In this document: piece after piece, positions 25,910 to 35,167 of the stretch
Position numbering within the stretch: the first letter of the stretch is position 1
How the letters are laid out: the number at the start of each line of letters is the position of its first letter
Origin: an uncultured Acidimicrobiales bacterium
Lineage (GTDB): Bacteria; Actinomycetota; Acidimicrobiia; Acidimicrobiales; CATQHL01
Length of the DNA: 64,000 nt
NCBI GenBank assembly: GCA_964618115.1
Contig: CAZTZI010000206.1
Span: 5,779 to 69,778 of the forward strand
Direction: 5' to 3'
Program-made: the position numbers and the translations under genes
The notes under the pieces: generated by a model
The model's database searches: none
What the model was told of the DNA's origin: nothing
What the model saw: only the letters and a program-made list of their open reading frames with translations

Positions 25910-27193
25910 TCACGAAGCGATCGTCGCTCGCCGGCGGGCTTCCCGGCCGGCCCCGGCGTCGCCGCCCGCCGGAGCACCGACCGCGGCGCTGCCGCGTGCC
26001 TCGCCGAGCAGATCGTCCATCGCCCAGCGGGCCCTCAGCATGGAGGCGTCCAGCAGGTACTCGCGGGCGGCGCCGGGGTCGGCGGCGGTCTCGGACATCT
26101 CCGCCAGCGCCCGCCGCCGCGCCGCGCCGTCCACCGCCGCAAGGCTCCGTGCGTTGCGGTGGGTGTGTCGCTGGACGTAGTCGAGGGCCAGCCGCCGGCG
26201 GCAGTCGGCCGCGGCACTCAGCCGGTCGGCGCCCAGCGTGCCGGCGCACACCGAGCCGACGGCGTGGCCGAACAGGAACGCGTCGTGGATCCCGCCGTTC
26301 ATGCCCATGCCGCCGAGGGGATTGTTGATGTGGGCGGCGTCACCGGCGAGCAGCACCCGCCCGGCGCGGAACGTCCCGGCGACGCGCTGGTGCACCCGGT
26401 AGATCGTGCGGTGCGCCACCTCGTAGCCGCCGGGCAGCGCCGCGATCCCGCCCAAGCGGCGCTGCACGCTCCCCTCGCTCAGCGCCCCGGCGTCGCTCTC
26501 GCCGGGCCCCACCGGAAACAGCGCCCGCCACAGGTCCGCGGTCCGCAGCAGGACCAGCCACTCGTCGGGATCGCTGATGTAGTTCACGTATGACAGGTCG
26601 TCCAGATCGTCCGCGAAGTCGTGCGGCGTCGAGACCACGAGATACCGGTCCTCGTAGGTCATGCCATCGAAGGTCAGCCCCAGCGACTTCCGCACCGCGC
26701 TGGAGGCCCCGTCGGCGGCGAGCACCCAGTCGGCGCCGTGCACCGAGCCGTCCGCCAGCGTGACCGTGGCGTGATCGCCCCTGTCGGACGCGCCGGTGAC
26801 GCGGTGCGCGAAACGGACCGTCACCGCCGGCTCGTCCCGGAGCCGCCGGAGGAGGATCTCGCAGAGCTTGAACTGCTCGCTCTGCAAGCGGTAGGGGTGG
26901 GCGGTGACGTCTGCGATGGCACCCAGGTCGAATCTCGCCACCACGCCGGCCCGGCGGTCCCGGTAGGCGAAGTGGCGGGCGACGAGCCCCCGGCCGATCA
27001 GTTCCTCGGTGACATCGAGTTCGGCCAGCAGGTCAAGCGTGGCGGGATGAAACGTCGAGGCCCGCAACTCCCTCCGCAGCGCCGGCTCGGCCTCCATGAG
27101 CGTGACCGCCACGCCCCGCCGGGCGAGCACGGCGGCGGCGACACACCCGACCGGCCCGGCGCCGACGACGATCACCCGCGGCGCGCCGGACAT
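25910..27193 (-). CDS. FAD-dependent monooxygenase (MhpA/PheA-like)
   Basis: VVGAGPVG, AADGASSAVRK, GRVLLAGDAAH and GGMGMNGGIHDA. Start at ATG 27193. Confidence 0.9.
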   Translation of the reverse strand: MSGAPRVIVVGAGPVGCVAAAVLARRGVAVTLMEAEPALRRELRASTFHPATLDLLAELDVTEELIGRGLVARHFAYRDRRAGVVARFDLGAIADVTAHPYRLQSEQFKLCEILLRRLRDEPAVTVRFAHRVTGASDRGDHATVTLADGSVHGADWVLAADGASSAVRKSLGLTFDGMTYEDRYLVVSTPHDFADDLDDLSYVNYISDPDEWLVLLRTADLWRALFPVGPGESDAGALSEGSVQRRLGGIAALPGGYEVAHRTIYRVHQRVAGTFRAGRVLLAGDAAHINNPLGGMGMNGGIHDAFLFGHAVGSVCAGTLGADRLSAAADCRRRLALDYVQRHTHRNARSLAAVDGAARRRALAEMSETAADPGAAREYLLDASMLRARWAMDDLLGEARGSAAVGAPAGGDAGAGREARRRATIAS

Positions 27194-27194
27194 C

Positions 27195-27941
27195 TCAGAA
27201 TTCGCGGAGCATCGTGCCGAAGCCGACGAACCGGTCGTCGATTCCCAGGGTGCGCAGGGCGTGCCAGATGCAGATGGCGTTGATGGCCAGAACGGGCTTG
27301 TCCAGCCATCTCTCGGCCTGGTCGGCGACCTCGACCATCGACAGGTTGGTGCCGCACTGCACGATCGCCTCGATGTCATCACCGTCGAGGCGCCGAAGTT
27401 CGGAGACGAGCCGGTCCGGGGGAACATCGGCGATCGATGTCGCCGTCGCGCAGCGCAGGCCGTGGACCCGCTTCACGTCGAAACCGCACTCGGTGAAGTA
27501 GTTGTAGACCTGCTCGTCGCCGACGCTCTGATAGGGCGTGATACAGGCGATGGACGACACGCCGAGCCGCGCCAAGGCCGCGTTGCAGGCATCGGCGCCC
27601 GACGTGATCCCGAGGTCGCCGGAGATCTGGCGCACACGTGCCTCGAAGGCGGCATTGCCCTCCTTGCCTCCCCAGAAGGTCTCCGCCGACATACCCATGA
27701 GGATGTAGTCGGGCTCGCAGGTCATGACGTCGCGTACAGAGCCGGGGATGGTGTCGCGGATCTTGTCCAGGAAGTAGAGGAAGGCGTCGTCGGAACTGAG
27801 GTCGGGCGCCTCGACGAAGAACCGGGCGGCGTGGAAGGTCACACCGGGCAGCGGCAGGGCGTTGCAGTCGTGCTCCACAACCGTGTTGGTCGAGGGGACG
27901 ATCACGCCGATCTTGGCGCGGTAGCCGACGATGTCCGGCAT
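27195..27941 (-). CDS. Asp/Glu racemase superfamily protein (maleate isomerase/arylmalonate decarboxylase-like)
   Basis: KIGVIVPSTNTVVE, ITPY, GTNL, KPVLAIN and WHALR. Confidence 0.85.
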   Translation of the reverse strand: MPDIVGYRAKIGVIVPSTNTVVEHDCNALPLPGVTFHAARFFVEAPDLSSDDAFLYFLDKIRDTIPGSVRDVMTCEPDYILMGMSAETFWGGKEGNAAFEARVRQISGDLGITSGADACNAALARLGVSSIACITPYQSVGDEQVYNYFTECGFDVKRVHGLRCATATSIADVPPDRLVSELRRLDGDDIEAIVQCGTNLSMVEVADQAERWLDKPVLAINAICIWHALRTLGIDDRFVGFGTMLREF

Positions 27942-27970
27942 TCGCCTCTCCTGTCACTCAGTGGAACGGC

Positions 27971-27987
27971 GTTCCGATCAACGGAAC
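27971..27987. promoter_or_regulatory. Putative IclR operator (GTTCCGATCAACGGAAC), with a half-site at 27951-27967
   Basis: Palindrome 30 bp upstream of the isomerase start; differs from the 25008 site at one base. Confidence 0.78.
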
Positions 27988-28041
27988 AGAGCCTAACGGG
28001 CCGCGGCGAGGCGCGGTAAGTCGCACCGGCGGGGCGCGACG

Positions 28042-28152
28042 CCCGCGCCATGGCCGACACCTCAACCCGCGTCGCGCCTCCAACGTGCCCGAGGGCTACG
28101 TGCAGGGAGTGGACCCGCGCCATGGCCGACACCTCAACCCGCGTCGCGCCTC
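28042..28152. repeat. Two identical 39-bp direct repeats separated by 33 bp
   Basis: CCCGCGCCATGGCCGACACCTCAACCCGCGTCGCGCCTC at 28042-28080 and 28114-28152. Confidence 0.8.
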
Positions 28153-28191
28153 ACGTCAGTCCCGATGGACGGCTCGGACCCCCCCTGACGC

Positions 28192-29100
28192 TCAGCCGGC
28201 CGCCGGGCCGCTTCCGGGGATGGTGCCGGGGGGCAGGCTCATCACGTGCGCGGCGATGTCCTCGGGTCGCGCCAGCCACACGTCGTCGCGCCGCGCCGCG
28301 ATGTGTTCGAGCGCGGCGCGCAGGTACTTCAGGCGGAATGGCTGGCCGACGAGGAACGTGTGCAGCGAGATCGAATAAACCAGCGGCTGCTCCTCCGCGA
28401 GGCGGAGCATCTCGTCGAACTGATCGATCATCATCTGGGCGAACACAGGCGGGGGGTTGTGCCGCAGGATGTGGACGCCCACATCGTTCAATTCCAACGG
28501 GTACGGGATGCTGAGCAGCGGCCCCGAGCGGGTGCGGAGCCAGATCGGCTGGTCGTCGCACGGCGACTGCAGCGTGTACGTGTAGCCGGCCTCGACGAGA
28601 AGGTCACTGGTAACGGCGGACTCGGCGATGTACGGGCCCAACCAGCCGCTCGGACGGCGGCCCCACTGCTGCGTGATGACCTCGGTGGTCTCGGCGATGA
28701 GGCGCGCCTCGTCCTCCTCCCAGAGGCCGTCGCTGCGCTCGGAGTTCGTCCGCCCGTGGGCGATGATCTCGTCGCCCCGCTCGATGATCTTCGCCACGAT
28801 GTCGGGGTAGAGCTCCATCACCGTGGAGTTGACGTTGTGCGACCACGGGATGTCCAACTCGTCGAAGGCGTCGAACATGCGCCAGATGCCGATCCGGTTG
28901 CCGTAGTCGCGCCAGGCATAACTCCGGTAGTTGGCCGGCGCGTTGATCGCGGAGTCGTTCACGCCGAGACCGGCCCGATAGGCGAAGTGCTCGATGTTGT
29001 TCGACAGGCAGACGGCGAGACGGGTGCCGTTGGGCCAGTCATAGGGCACACGATCCTTGATCGACACGTAGTCGTAGCGGTCGTTGGCCGGCAGCTTCAT
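28192..29100 (-). CDS. Polysaccharide deacetylase family protein (PuuE/allantoinase-like)
   Basis: WPNGTRLAV, WRDYGNRIGIWR, IAHG, GWLGP, DDQP, IPYPLELND and LHTFLVGQPFR. Confidence 0.88.
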   Translation of the reverse strand: MKLPANDRYDYVSIKDRVPYDWPNGTRLAVCLSNNIEHFAYRAGLGVNDSAINAPANYRSYAWRDYGNRIGIWRMFDAFDELDIPWSHNVNSTVMELYPDIVAKIIERGDEIIAHGRTNSERSDGLWEEDEARLIAETTEVITQQWGRRPSGWLGPYIAESAVTSDLLVEAGYTYTLQSPCDDQPIWLRTRSGPLLSIPYPLELNDVGVHILRHNPPPVFAQMMIDQFDEMLRLAEEQPLVYSISLHTFLVGQPFRLKYLRAALEHIAARRDDVWLARPEDIAAHVMSLPPGTIPGSGPAAG

Positions 29101-29945
29101 GCGAAGAACTCCTCGAAGCAACCCGCGATCTCGTCCGAAGCCGTCGTGAAGAGTTCCAGCACATCGGTGAGATCCGGTCGCGAGACGACCCGGGTGTGAG
29201 CGGGCAGCAGCGGGATCGCCCGGCGGGTCTGCTCGGTGAGGTCGTCGTGGACGTCCAGGACCAAGAAGGGCTGGCGGATCTTCGAGACGTACTCACCGGT
29301 GGGGTGGTCGAAGACGGCGTGATAGGTCATCCAGGGGTCGGGTTGGGCCCCCAGATGATCCATCAGGAACTCGTGCAACAGGTCGGGCGACCAGGCTCGG
29401 GACCGCTCGGCCGCGCCGCCGAACCCGCCGTCGCGCCACCACCGCCAGTACCAGTCGAGATGCGAGCCGTCCACGTCGGGCTTCGGTTCGTGGAGGTAGT
29501 TGTCCTTGTACTGCGGTATCTCCTCGGGCGAGAACACCGGCACGGTCACCACGGCGATCCGCCGGATCCGGTCCGGGTAGCGCACTGCCAGATCGATCGC
29601 CTCGCACGAACCGGTGTGGACGCCGGCCACGTCGAACCGGCCGATCCCCATGGCGTCGAGGGCCTCGAGTGTGGAATCGGCATAGTCGCCCAGGGACAGG
29701 CCGGGCCGCGGGTGGTCGGAGCACCCGAACCCCAGGCGGTCGGGCACGATCACCCGGCGCCCGGCGGACAGCCGCGGCGTGATGTGGCGGTACATCCGGC
29801 CCGACGAGAGGCCCATGTGCAGCAGCACGAGCGGTGGCTCGCCCTCGCCGTTGCTGCGCACGTGCACGTGGCCGTGGCGAGTGCATATGAGCCTGCGGCT
29901 CGTGCCCTCCGCTTCCAGCATCGTGATCCCCTCCGCCACCGGCAT
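29097..29945 (-). CDS. Alpha/beta hydrolase fold protein with non-canonical GVHTG elbow
   Basis: PPLVLLH, PDRLGFGCSD and AGVHTGS. Confidence 0.85.
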   Translation of the reverse strand: MPVAEGITMLEAEGTSRRLICTRHGHVHVRSNGEGEPPLVLLHMGLSSGRMYRHITPRLSAGRRVIVPDRLGFGCSDHPRPGLSLGDYADSTLEALDAMGIGRFDVAGVHTGSCEAIDLAVRYPDRIRRIAVVTVPVFSPEEIPQYKDNYLHEPKPDVDGSHLDWYWRWWRDGGFGGAAERSRAWSPDLLHEFLMDHLGAQPDPWMTYHAVFDHPTGEYVSKIRQPFLVLDVHDDLTEQTRRAIPLLPAHTRVVSRPDLTDVLELFTTASDEIAGCFEEFFA

Positions 29946-30003
29946 CCGGTGCGCGGGGTACTGTACCCGACGTCCTGCACCCGGACTGTTGCGAGGGGGA
30001 CTG

Positions 30004-30828
30004 ATGAGGCGCGGCTACGCCGACACAGAGGTCGGGCAGGTTCACTACGTCGAAGCCGGCGAGGGTCCACCCGTCGTCCTGCTCCACCAAACTGCGAGCA
30101 GTTCGGTGATGTACGCCAGAGCGCTGCCGCTCTTCGCGGCGCGGTGCCGCGTCATCGCCATGGATACGCCCGGTTTCGGCATGTCCGACCATCCGCCCGA
30201 ACAGCCCACCGAAGGGATCCCCTACTACTCCCGCGCCGTCATCGGCCTGCTGGATCATCTCGGTCTCGAACAGGCGCACCTCGTGGGGTTCCACACGGGT
30301 GCGAGCATCGTCACCGACGTGGGCGCCCATTCGCCGGAGCGGGTGAAATCCCTGGTCATCGCGCCGATCCTCGCAATAGACGATGACGAGGAGCGGGAGG
30401 AGTGGCTGGCCCGCGACGACTTGAAACGCACCTGGGTCCCCGACGGGAAGGGGGAGTTCCTGGAACGGGAGATTCTCGACTACGTCGCCCATTTCGCCAC
30501 CGAGAACGACGGCGAGACCTACCTCCGGGAACTCATCGCCAACCTGCAGGCCGGCCCGAAGTACTGGTGGACCTATGTGGCGGTCGTCACCTACGACCAC
30601 TACTCGGCGTACGCCAAGTTGCAGTGCCCCGTGCTGGTGCTCAATGCCACCGACGAAGTGCTGTACTCCTACACCGTCAAGGCGCACGAGGCCATCGGCC
30701 ACAGCGAGTACGTGGAGATTCCCGGCCCGGAACCCAACGTGCGCGGCTGGGTGGCCGTCGTGCCGGAGTACCCGCAGGAATTCACCGACGCCGTGATGTC
30801 CTTCGTGGACCGGGTCGAGGAGGGATGA
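30004..30828 (+). CDS. Alpha/beta hydrolase fold protein with non-canonical GFHTG elbow
   Basis: MRRGYADTEVGQVHY, PVVLLHQT, DTPGFGMSD, VGFHTGA and CPVLVL. Confidence 0.87.
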   Translation: MRRGYADTEVGQVHYVEAGEGPPVVLLHQTASSSVMYARALPLFAARCRVIAMDTPGFGMSDHPPEQPTEGIPYYSRAVIGLLDHLGLEQAHLVGFHTGASIVTDVGAHSPERVKSLVIAPILAIDDDEEREEWLARDDLKRTWVPDGKGEFLEREILDYVAHFATENDGETYLRELIANLQAGPKYWWTYVAVVTYDHYSAYAKLQCPVLVLNATDEVLYSYTVKAHEAIGHSEYVEIPGPEPNVRGWVAVVPEYPQEFTDAVMSFVDRVEEG

Positions 30829-32402
30829 CGGGCCGGGCGCGTGCCTCCCGACGACAAGTGACGGCGCAGCGGTCCCACTGGTGGGTGACCGCGTCAGGGA
30901 CACTCACGGCGCTGGTCCTGAACCTCGACCAGGCGACGGTCCTGCTGGCGGCGCCGTCCATCGCCGAGGCGCTCGGCGCCGACCTCTCGGAAACCCAGTG
31001 GATGTTCTCGGGGTTCCTCCTTCCCTTGGCGGCATTGGTCATGCTGGGAGGCGGCCTGACGGACCGTTTCGGCGCCTCGTTGATGCTCCGCTGCGGACTG
31101 GCACTCTTCATTGCGGGCACGGTCGGCAGCGCCTTCGCCGGCGGCATGGGACTGTTGATCGGCCTGAGGGCGGTGTCGGGTACCGGCGCGGCACTGGCCT
31201 TTCCGGCCTCGGTGGCGCTGCTGCGCGTGCACCTGCCGGCCGGGCGGCCGCTCAACGTCGCGCTGGGCCTCTGGTTCACCGGTGCGCTCGGGGGTTCGGC
31301 GATCGGCCCCCTCATCGGCGGGCTGTTGCTGCGGGCCTGGCCCTGGTCGTCGATCTTCTGGCTGTCGTGCGGCTTCGCAGTGGCCGCGCTGGTGCCCGTG
31401 CTGCTCGGCGTGCAGGAGGATCCGGCGCCGCCGGCCGCAACCGACCTGCGGGTGCTGCCCAGTCTTGCGGGCTCGGTCGGCCTGGCCCTGCTGATCTGGG
31501 GCCTCATCAGCGCCGGCGGGGAGGGCTGGGGCGCCGGCCCGGTGTTGTGGCGGGTGCTCGGAGGCCTGGGGGTGCTGGCACTCATGACCGTGGCCCTGCG
31601 CCGCGGGTCCGGCTCCGGCCCCGAGATGGGGATCGACCGCCGGCGCCTCGCCGCGGGCCTCATCATCATGCTGCTGGCGATCGTCTCGGTGGTCGGGACG
31701 ATGTTCTTCGTGATCACCTACCTGCAGTCGGTGCTGGGATTCTCGCCGCTGGTGGCCGGCGCCGCGTTCATGCCGTTCGGCGTCGTGGCCGCCCTGATCT
31801 CCCCGTTCGCCATGCGCCTGCTGGAACGGTTCGGGTTCGGCCGCATGCTTGGTTCGGCCGTGCTGCTGGAGGTGGCCGGCCTCGTGCTGGTCTCCCGGAT
31901 GACCCCCACGTCGCCGTACCCCGTCGTCGGTATCGCACTGGCGTTGGTCGGAGCCGCAATGTCGGTGTTCCCGGCGGTCTCGCTGCATCTGGCGCTCAGC
32001 GCCGCGCCCGCCTCCCGCGGCGGGATCGTCTCGGGCGCGCACACCGTGGCGATCCAGCTCGGCCAACTCCTCTCGATCGCGATCATCGGATCGCTGGTGG
32101 CCTCGCGGGTCGGCGGCATCTACCGCTCGCTCCTGCGGGATGCCGGTCTCGACCCGGACGTGCCCGCCGGGATCACCACCGATCTGGCGTTGGGGCGCAG
32201 CGCGGCGCCCCCGGGCGTCTCGGAGGCGGACGGCCTGCTCTACGAGATCGCCGGTGAGAAGGCGTTCACCACCGCCGTGGGCCAGGCCGCTCTGATCGTG
32301 CTCGCCGCCATCGCCGTGGCGGCCGTCGCCGCTATGGCCGTCCTGCGGCCGAAGCGATCTCCGTCCCCGCCGGTCAGCCGGACGGAGCCGTCAACTCCCT
32401 GA
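30825..32402 (+). CDS. MFS transporter, DHA2 (EmrB/QacA-like)
   Basis: LDQATV, QWMFSGFLL, GGLTDRFG, IGPLIGG and YLQSVLGFSPL; many TM segments. Confidence 0.85.
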   Translation: MTGRARASRRQVTAQRSHWWVTASGTLTALVLNLDQATVLLAAPSIAEALGADLSETQWMFSGFLLPLAALVMLGGGLTDRFGASLMLRCGLALFIAGTVGSAFAGGMGLLIGLRAVSGTGAALAFPASVALLRVHLPAGRPLNVALGLWFTGALGGSAIGPLIGGLLLRAWPWSSIFWLSCGFAVAALVPVLLGVQEDPAPPAATDLRVLPSLAGSVGLALLIWGLISAGGEGWGAGPVLWRVLGGLGVLALMTVALRRGSGSGPEMGIDRRRLAAGLIIMLLAIVSVVGTMFFVITYLQSVLGFSPLVAGAAFMPFGVVAALISPFAMRLLERFGFGRMLGSAVLLEVAGLVLVSRMTPTSPYPVVGIALALVGAAMSVFPAVSLHLALSAAPASRGGIVSGAHTVAIQLGQLLSIAIIGSLVASRVGGIYRSLLRDAGLDPDVPAGITTDLALGRSAAPPGVSEADGLLYEIAGEKAFTTAVGQAALIVLAAIAVAAVAAMAVLRPKRSPSPPVSRTEPSTP

Positions 32403-33087
32403 GCCGTTCGATCACCGCTTCCGTCGGCATGACGTCGGCGTACTTGGCGTCCAGGTCGAACAAGCCCACATCGTGGCTCGCCCGGATGCGGTCGTAGACG
32501 CATTCCTCAGCCACGATCGTCCGGAAGTTGTAGGAGAAGGCATCCACGGCCGTGGCCCGGATGCAGCCGCTGGTGGTGCAGCCCGCGAGGATCACCGTGT
32601 CCACCCCGAAGTCCACGAGGTAGCTCACCAGGGCCGTGCCGAAGAAGGCGCTGGCGTGGCGCTTGGGCAGCAGCACGTCCCCGTCCGCCGGCGCAACCTC
32701 GGCCACGAACTCGTAGCCCCGCCGGCTGATCGACGTGATCGCCGGGTTGATGCTGCCGAACCGCCCTGCGTCGACGGCCCTCTTGGGTGCCACGTACGGG
32801 TAGACGATCGGAATCCCGCCCGCCCGCGCCGCGCCGACGAGCCGGGCGATGTGCGGAATCGCGGCCCATGCCCTGTCGCCGCAGGCCGTCGGGTACATGG
32901 TGGTGATGGCTTCGCGGATCGGCGCCGGCCTGTCGCCGGCGGTGCGGTACTGCACGTCGATGACGAGCAGTGCGGGATGGTCGCCGAAACCGGAAGGCCC
33001 GCCGAATCCCGACAACTCGTAGACGTCGAGGTCATCGCCGGGGATCGAGGCCAGCCACGAACGCCGATCCTCGGTCTGTCCGCTCAT
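32374..33087 (-). CDS. Isochorismatase-family cysteine hydrolase
   Basis: PALLVIDVQ, KRHASAFFGT, GCTTSGCIRATAVDA and LFDLDAKYADV. Confidence 0.9.
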   Translation of the reverse strand: MSGQTEDRRSWLASIPGDDLDVYELSGFGGPSGFGDHPALLVIDVQYRTAGDRPAPIREAITTMYPTACGDRAWAAIPHIARLVGAARAGGIPIVYPYVAPKRAVDAGRFGSINPAITSISRRGYEFVAEVAPADGDVLLPKRHASAFFGTALVSYLVDFGVDTVILAGCTTSGCIRATAVDAFSYNFRTIVAEECVYDRIRASHDVGLFDLDAKYADVMPTEAVIERLRELTAPSG

Positions 33088-33097
33088 GGGATCTCCC

Positions 33098-34033
33098 CTA
33101 TTTCTCGATCGATTCATTGCTCAGCCGGTTCTCGAGGTCGTCGAACCGCTCCAGATCCACGAGGGCCTGACGCTCCGCCCATCCGAGCACGCGGTCGTCC
33201 AACGCGACGGAGTCACCGTGCTCGTAGAGATGCGCCAGAGCATCCTGGCCGGCCTTGAGCATGACCCGCAGCAGCAGATTGGCGTGCAGGATCAGCCGGT
33301 AGCCCATCTCCTGCAGCTGCTCGCGGGGCAACTGCGGGGTCCTGCCGCCCTCCACGACGTTGAGGAGCACGGGCGTGCCGGTCAACTCGGCCGGAATCAT
33401 GCGCATCTCCTCGACCGTCCGCGGTGCCTCCACGAAGATGACATCGGCGCCCGCCTCCGCGTAGAGACGCGCCCGGCGTATCGCCTCGTCGAGGCCCAGA
33501 ACCGACCGGGCATCGGTCCGGGCAATCAACACCAGGTCGGGGTCGGCACGAGCGCTGAGAGCGGCGTCGATCCGGGAGAGCATCTCGGCGGGCTCCACGA
33601 GCCGCTGCCCGGCGAAGTGCCCGCACCGCTTCGGCATGGCCTGATCCTCGATCTGTACGGCAGCGGCGCCCGCCTCCTCCAAGAGGTGGACCGTGCGCAT
33701 GACCGACAGCGGTCCGCCGAAGCCGGTGTCGGCATCCACGATGACCGGGATGTCGACGGCGTCGCAGATCCTGGCTGCCTCGGCCACCAACTCCGTCATC
33801 GAGACGAGCCCGATGTCGGGCAGTCCGAACTGCGAGTTGGCGAGCCCCGCGCCGGTCACGAAGCAGCAGTCGAATCCTGCCCGCTCCACCAGGCGCGCTG
33901 ACAGGGCGTTCGCGGCGCCGGCCACGACCGTGGCCTGCGGGCTGTCGAGCACGGACCGCAGGGCGGCGCACCGTGACGGGGCCGGCGGCCCCCCGACCCC
34001 GCGAGGAACACCGGCCGTCTCCGGGGAGTCCAT
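33098..34033 (-). CDS. Isocitrate lyase/PEP mutase family lyase (PrpB/2,3-dimethylmalate lyase-like)
   Basis: GLPDIGL, VDADTGFG, IEDQAMPKRCGH, IARTDA and GADVIFVEAP. Confidence 0.9.
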   Translation of the reverse strand: MDSPETAGVPRGVGGPPAPSRCAALRSVLDSPQATVVAGAANALSARLVERAGFDCCFVTGAGLANSQFGLPDIGLVSMTELVAEAARICDAVDIPVIVDADTGFGGPLSVMRTVHLLEEAGAAAVQIEDQAMPKRCGHFAGQRLVEPAEMLSRIDAALSARADPDLVLIARTDARSVLGLDEAIRRARLYAEAGADVIFVEAPRTVEEMRMIPAELTGTPVLLNVVEGGRTPQLPREQLQEMGYRLILHANLLLRVMLKAGQDALAHLYEHGDSVALDDRVLGWAERQALVDLERFDDLENRLSNESIEK

Positions 34034-34147
34034 CAGCGCTGCCGGATCGAGGAGTCGCCGCCGGTTACCAGTACGGCCGCGCCGCCGGAGTCTCCCCGCG
34101 CATCGGGCTCCGGGAGTACGGTTGCAACTCGTGCGGGAGGCACTCTC

Positions 34148-35167
34148 GTGAGGGCGCGGCAATGGGCGTGGCTCATCGTCAAGCGCATCCTCTTCATGAT
34201 TCCGATCCTATTCGGCGTGGCGACGGCGACTTTCTTCCTGACCCGGCTGGCGGGCGGCGACCCGGCCTACCTGGTCGCCGGATCCTTCGCCACCGAGGAG
34301 GTGATCGCCAGCGTTCGAGCCCAACTCGGCACGGATCAGCCGCTTGGTACGCAGTACGCCGACTTCCTCGGCGACACCATCCGCGGCGATCTCGGCACGT
34401 CGCTCTTCACCGATCGCCCGGTCACCACCGATCTGGCTGACCGGCTACCGGCCACCTTGGAGTTGGTCGTGCTGGCACTGGCCTTCGCCCTGGTCTTCGG
34501 ACTGGCGCTGGGCAGCTACGCGGCCCATCGCCGAGGCAGGGGTGGCGACAGAGCGGTCCGCTTCGGCAGTTTCTCCGCGCTCTCGGTGCCCGACTTCTGG
34601 CTGGGACTGGTCCTGCTGTTCGTCTTCTTCTTCAAGTTCGGCATCGCTCCGGGTCCCACGGGCCAGCTCGCACCGGGCGGACCCGCCCCGCGCGACGTGA
34701 CCGGCGCGGCGCTCTTCGACGCGATGATCACGCTGAACGGTGAGGCCTTCAAGGCGTCTCTGCACCACATCTGGCTGCCGCTCATGACGATGGTGCTCAT
34801 CTTCACCGCACCCATCGCCCGCCTGGCCCGCTCGGCCGCCATCGAATCGCTGACATCGGATTCCATCCTCTTCGGGCGGGCCTGCGGCCTATCGAACCGC
34901 AAGCTCTGGACCTACGCCACGCGTGGCGCTCTTCCGCCGGTCGTGACCTTCGTGGGAATCCTCTTCAGTGTGCTGCTGGGCAGCGCCGTGCTGGTCGAGA
35001 CGGTGTTCTCGTGGGGAGGGGCGGCTCAGTACGCCGTCAACGCCATCCGCCAGAGCGACTTCCCGGCCGTGCAGGGGTTCGTGCTGGTCGCCGGGGCACT
35101 GTCCGTGGCCATCTTCTTCGTCGTTGATCTGCTCTACCGGGTCATCGACCCCCGGGTGCGGCTGTGA
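34148..35167 (+). CDS. Peptide/nickel ABC permease (DppB/OppB-like)
   Basis: GDPA, GDLGTS, LPATLEL, VETVFSWGG and VDLLYRVIDPRVR. Confidence 0.92.
   Translation: MRARQWAWLIVKRILFMIPILFGVATATFFLTRLAGGDPAYLVAGSFATEEVIASVRAQLGTDQPLGTQYADFLGDTIRGDLGTSLFTDRPVTTDLADRLPATLELVVLALAFALVFGLALGSYAAHRRGRGGDRAVRFGSFSALSVPDFWLGLVLLFVFFFKFGIAPGPTGQLAPGGPAPRDVTGAALFDAMITLNGEAFKASLHHIWLPLMTMVLIFTAPIARLARSAAIESLTSDSILFGRACGLSNRKLWTYATRGALPPVVTFVGILFSVLLGSAVLVETVFSWGGAAQYAVNAIRQSDFPAVQGFVLVAGALSVAIFFVVDLLYRVIDPRVRL

Noticed and set aside
28042-28152. CRISPR array (39-bp repeat, 33-bp spacer)
   Set aside because: Only two repeats, no AT-rich leader, no cas genes in the window and no typical CRISPR repeat end.
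29097-30828. Pheophytinase or chlorophyllase for the pigment pathway
   Set aside because: Both lack the catalytic Ser motif and have no operator copy upstream.
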